A stretch of 45,892 bases of DNA, from NCBI GenBank assembly GCA_020445205.1, contig JAGRHA010000150.1, positions 1 through 45,892 of the forward strand, given 5' to 3'. Positions 42,934-45,892 of the stretch are shown here, one piece after another (the stretch's first letter is position 1; every line of letters starts with the position of its first letter). The notes beneath the pieces are model-generated. The model had not been told where the DNA came from and ran no database searches. It worked only from the letters and a program-made list of their open reading frames with translations. The stretch is from Gammaproteobacteria bacterium. Its GTDB lineage: Bacteria > Pseudomonadota > Gammaproteobacteria > Chromatiales > Chromatiaceae. The translations under genes were made by a program, and so were the position numbers.

Positions 42934-44046
42934 CTATGGGATTTTTCCGACTCGTGTGAACAATCCACCTGCGCCCGATAATACATGACCTTGCAGTTCG
43001 AGCAACAGCAACATTGACGAGACTTCCGCAACCGGGAAGCCTGTTCTCACAACGAGTTCGTCGGTGGTCACGGGGTCGAAACCCATGGCCTCGAGCAGTG
43101 CCGCATGTTGCGGATCCGTGGCGTTTTGCGCGGCGGGCGGCTCGCTGCTGCGAAGCGCAATCGCCTGCTGCGCGCCGGGCAGCAATGGCGCGAGTTCCTC
43201 GAGCACGTGATCGGCCGTTTCGACGAGTTTGGCGCCATCGCGTATCAGGGCATGACAACCGCGCGCCAGCGGGTTGTGGATGGAGCCGGGGATCGCGAAT
43301 ACCTCGCGGCCGTATTCCGCTGCGTGGCGTGCGGTGATCAGCGAGCCGCTGTTGAGCGCCGCCTCGACCACCAGGGTGCCCAGTGTCAGGCCCGCGAGTA
43401 TGCGGTTGCGACGCGGGAAGTTGGCGGGCAATGGCGGCGTACCGGTAGGGAATTCCGACAGCAGCAGGCCGTTTGTCGCGATCTGGTGGGCGAGTTCACG
43501 GTTGCGTGCGGGGTACACGCGATCGAGCCCGGTGCCCGTGACCGCGAGCGTGAGCCCGTCGGCGTCGAGCGCGCCTTCGTGCGCAGCACTGTCGATACCG
43601 GCGGCGAGGCCGCTGGCGACGACCAGGCCGCAGCGCGCAAGATGGGCGGCGAATTCGCGCGCGGTGTTGCGCCCGCCCGTGCTCGGGTTGCGGCTGCCGA
43701 CGATCGCCAGTTGCGGTGTCTGCAACAGCTCGGCGTCGCCGTGCAGGAACAGCGCCGTGGGCGGGTTCGGCAGCTCACGCAGCCGTCGCGGATAGTCGGG
43801 GTCGGTGATCGTCAGCAGGTGATTGCGCGGCTGTGCCAGCCACGCCATGTCGGCGTCGGCACCCGCGCGATCGGGGCTGCGCAGGTAGTCACGCAATGGG
43901 CCATCGACGTCACGCGGTGGCCGCTCGATGAGCTCGCGCGCACTGCGCCCGGAGGTCAGAAGCGGATTGAGGGTCTGGCTGCCGACACCCGGTGCGCGCA
44001 GAAGTGCGCACCAGGCAGCGATCTCGTCGGATGGGGTTGAGTCCAT
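42934..44046 (-). CDS. dprA: DNA-processing protein DprA (Smf)
   Basis: LAIVGSRNP, SGLA.GID..AH, GTGLD.VYP, FPRRNRI, VVEAA..SGSLITA, GREVFAIPGSIH; C-terminal winged helix. Confidence 0.97.
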   Translation of the reverse strand: MDSTPSDEIAAWCALLRAPGVGSQTLNPLLTSGRSARELIERPPRDVDGPLRDYLRSPDRAGADADMAWLAQPRNHLLTITDPDYPRRLRELPNPPTALFLHGDAELLQTPQLAIVGSRNPSTGGRNTAREFAAHLARCGLVVASGLAAGIDSAAHEGALDADGLTLAVTGTGLDRVYPARNRELAHQIATNGLLLSEFPTGTPPLPANFPRRNRILAGLTLGTLVVEAALNSGSLITARHAAEYGREVFAIPGSIHNPLARGCHALIRDGAKLVETADHVLEELAPLLPGAQQAIALRSSEPPAAQNATDPQHAALLEAMGFDPVTTDELVVRTGFPVAEVSSMLLLLELQGHVLSGAGGLFTRVGKIP

Positions 44047-44068
44047 TCAACCTCACTTGGGCGGGGTG

Positions 44069-45097
44069 TCAGGGATTGCGCACCTTATCACCGACGTGCA
44101 TGACGCGCGTGGCGTGCATGATGAGGCCGAAGCTGACGCGGTCGAAGGTACGGAACACCATCATGAGGCCCGCCTCTTCGTCGGGCAGCTTGACCGTGTC
44201 GCGCGAATCGGGGGTGACGACATCGCGAATCGTTTCACCGCGCTGGTCAATGCGCAGCACGGTGCCGGCGTCGATGCCGTCGGCGAGGCCGCGGTCGATG
44301 ACCACGACGTTGTACTGGCCGATCTGATTGACGCCGCCGATCACCGAGATGATGTTGCCTTCGGTCGGCATGCCCGGCGCGTGCGGCGTGAAGTTGGCCG
44401 TCGCCTTGTCTTCGCCGGCCTTGACCACACGGTCGCCGATGACCGCTTCGCGTTCGGTGCTGTTGATGAAGATGGTCGCCGGGTCACCGGTGCGTTGCAG
44501 TTCGCTGCTGCCGATGTACTCAGCCTCGTAGCCGAGGATCTCGCCCGTGTCGCCGTCCTTGTAGGCAATGCCGGGACGTACGATCTCGTACTTCACGTGG
44601 TTGCCGTCTTCGATGCTGCGCACGTAGGCCTTCTGTCCGGCGCCGCCGAGGATGTGTTCGTCGGCAAAGTCGACGATGTACGGCGCGTTGTCGAGTTCAC
44701 CCTGGCTCAGCACGGAATGCCGTGTGAGGAACGGTCCGATGGCGTCGACAGGAATCGTCGGGATGGCGCCATCCCACGGCGTGGAACGGACGCTGGGCGA
44801 CAGCTTCACCGTGCCGCGGCGCAGACGCAGCTGCGGCCGGCCGTCGATGTAGACGAGTTCCAGCACGTCGCCGGGATAGATCAGGTGCGGGTTCGCGATC
44901 TGCGGATTGACATGCCAGATCTCCGGCCAGCGCCAGGGGCTGCGCAGGAAACGGCCGGCGATGTCCCACAGGGTGTCCCCGCGGACCACGGTGTAGCGGT
45001 CTGGATGGCCGGCCCGCAGCAGCTCGTCGGCCAGCGCCAACGGCATTGCCAGCGCGCAACACAGCAACAGAATCAAGCTTTTGCAGGATTTAAACAT
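44069..45097 (-). CDS. tsaP: LysM peptidoglycan-binding protein (TsaP-like)
   Basis: Signal peptide, YTVVRGDTLWDIA.RFL.SPWRWPEIW..NPQIANPHLIYPGD, LP.E..G.MVFR.F; conserved position between def and dprA. Confidence 0.85.
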   Translation of the reverse strand: MFKSCKSLILLLCCALAMPLALADELLRAGHPDRYTVVRGDTLWDIAGRFLRSPWRWPEIWHVNPQIANPHLIYPGDVLELVYIDGRPQLRLRRGTVKLSPSVRSTPWDGAIPTIPVDAIGPFLTRHSVLSQGELDNAPYIVDFADEHILGGAGQKAYVRSIEDGNHVKYEIVRPGIAYKDGDTGEILGYEAEYIGSSELQRTGDPATIFINSTEREAVIGDRVVKAGEDKATANFTPHAPGMPTEGNIISVIGGVNQIGQYNVVVIDRGLADGIDAGTVLRIDQRGETIRDVVTPDSRDTVKLPDEEAGLMMVFRTFDRVSFGLIMHATRVMHVGDKVRNP

Positions 45098-45285
45098 GGA
45101 TTTCCCTTGGCGCAGTTGCAGCTTCCGAGCGGTCAAAAAGACCACGTTTGGGTTATTATTTACGGCCTCTATGGGCCCAGTCTTTAATTTCTTGATCCAG
45201 GGCCCCGGCGAAACGCTGAAATTCTAGCGCAAACAGCCGCATGGCGGTGATTGTTGGACCCGGACAACACGACACGAGCGTAACC

Positions 45286-45816
45286 ATGGCAATTCTCGAC
45301 ATTCTGCACTTTCCCGATGCGCGCTTGCGTCATGTCGCCAAGCCCGTGGACGCGGTCGACGCTGGCGTGCGCCAGTTGGTCGACGACATGTTCGCGACCA
45401 TGTATGACGCCCCGGGCATCGGTCTGGCCGCGATCCAGGTCAACGACCCGCGCCGCGTCATCGTCGTCGATACCTCCGAAGACCACAGCCAGCCCCTGGC
45501 ACTCATCAACCCCGAGATCCTGACAAAGGAAGGTGAGGAGCAGATGGACGAAGGCTGTCTGTCGGTGCCGGGTATCTATGAGACAGTCAAGCGTGCCGAG
45601 CGTATCCGCGTGCGCGCCCTCGATCGTGATGGCCAGCCGTTTGAGATGGATGTCGACGGTCTGTTGGCGGTGTGCATTCAGCACGAGATCGATCACCTCG
45701 ACGGCAAACTTTTCGTTGACTACCTGTCCAACCTCAAGCGTCAGCGGATTCGCAAGAAGCTGGAGAAAGAGGCTCGCCAGGGCAGTGACAAGAGTCAGGC
45801 ACGCCGCGCCATCTGA
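45286..45816 (+). CDS. def: Peptide deformylase
   Basis: [20 protein letters not shown] motifs. Confidence 0.98.
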   Translation: MAILDILHFPDARLRHVAKPVDAVDAGVRQLVDDMFATMYDAPGIGLAAIQVNDPRRVIVVDTSEDHSQPLALINPEILTKEGEEQMDEGCLSVPGIYETVKRAERIRVRALDRDGQPFEMDVDGLLAVCIQHEIDHLDGKLFVDYLSNLKRQRIRKKLEKEARQGSDKSQARRAI

Positions 45817-45892
45817 TCCGTGCAAATCACTGCGCAGGTCATCCGGCGTTAGCTTAGGTGGCGCCTCTCGCAACCGTTGAGAAAAAGTTCCC

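Overview
A high-GC gammaproteobacterial chromosome segment; the gene content suggests a Chromatiales/Sedimenticolaceae-like organism, but that is inference. It is mostly housekeeping genes: the 3' end of a LytTR (AlgR-like) regulator, hemB, aroE, a yrdA-like gamma-carbonic anhydrase, prlC, rhlE, a CPA2 antiporter, gmhA, ubiD, gpmA, hemCDXY, hemF, tsaC, topA, smg, dprA, a tsaP-like LysM gene and def. Accessory genes are interleaved: LemA plus a GIDE-domain membrane protein with a canonical EF-hand, a GAF-PAS-GGDEF-EAL protein behind a sigmaE-like promoter, a stand-alone TIR + multi-TM protein, an orphan PEP-CTERM-system glycosyltransferase, a heme-c chemoreceptor, a ParA-like ATPase coupled to a secreted His-rich SOR-like protein, and a solute-binding protein + hybrid histidine kinase pair. 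Main anomalies: (i) single in-frame TAA stops in two otherwise intact genes about 1.8 kb apart (ubiD at 20921, the MCP at 22730-22732); (ii) synteny at both ends suggesting an inversion of about 37 kb between algR and hemC; (iii) a candidate unannotated sRNA between the thioredoxin gene and hemF. I saw no tRNA, rRNA, CRISPR array or transposase. All family calls come from motif recognition, not database searches.
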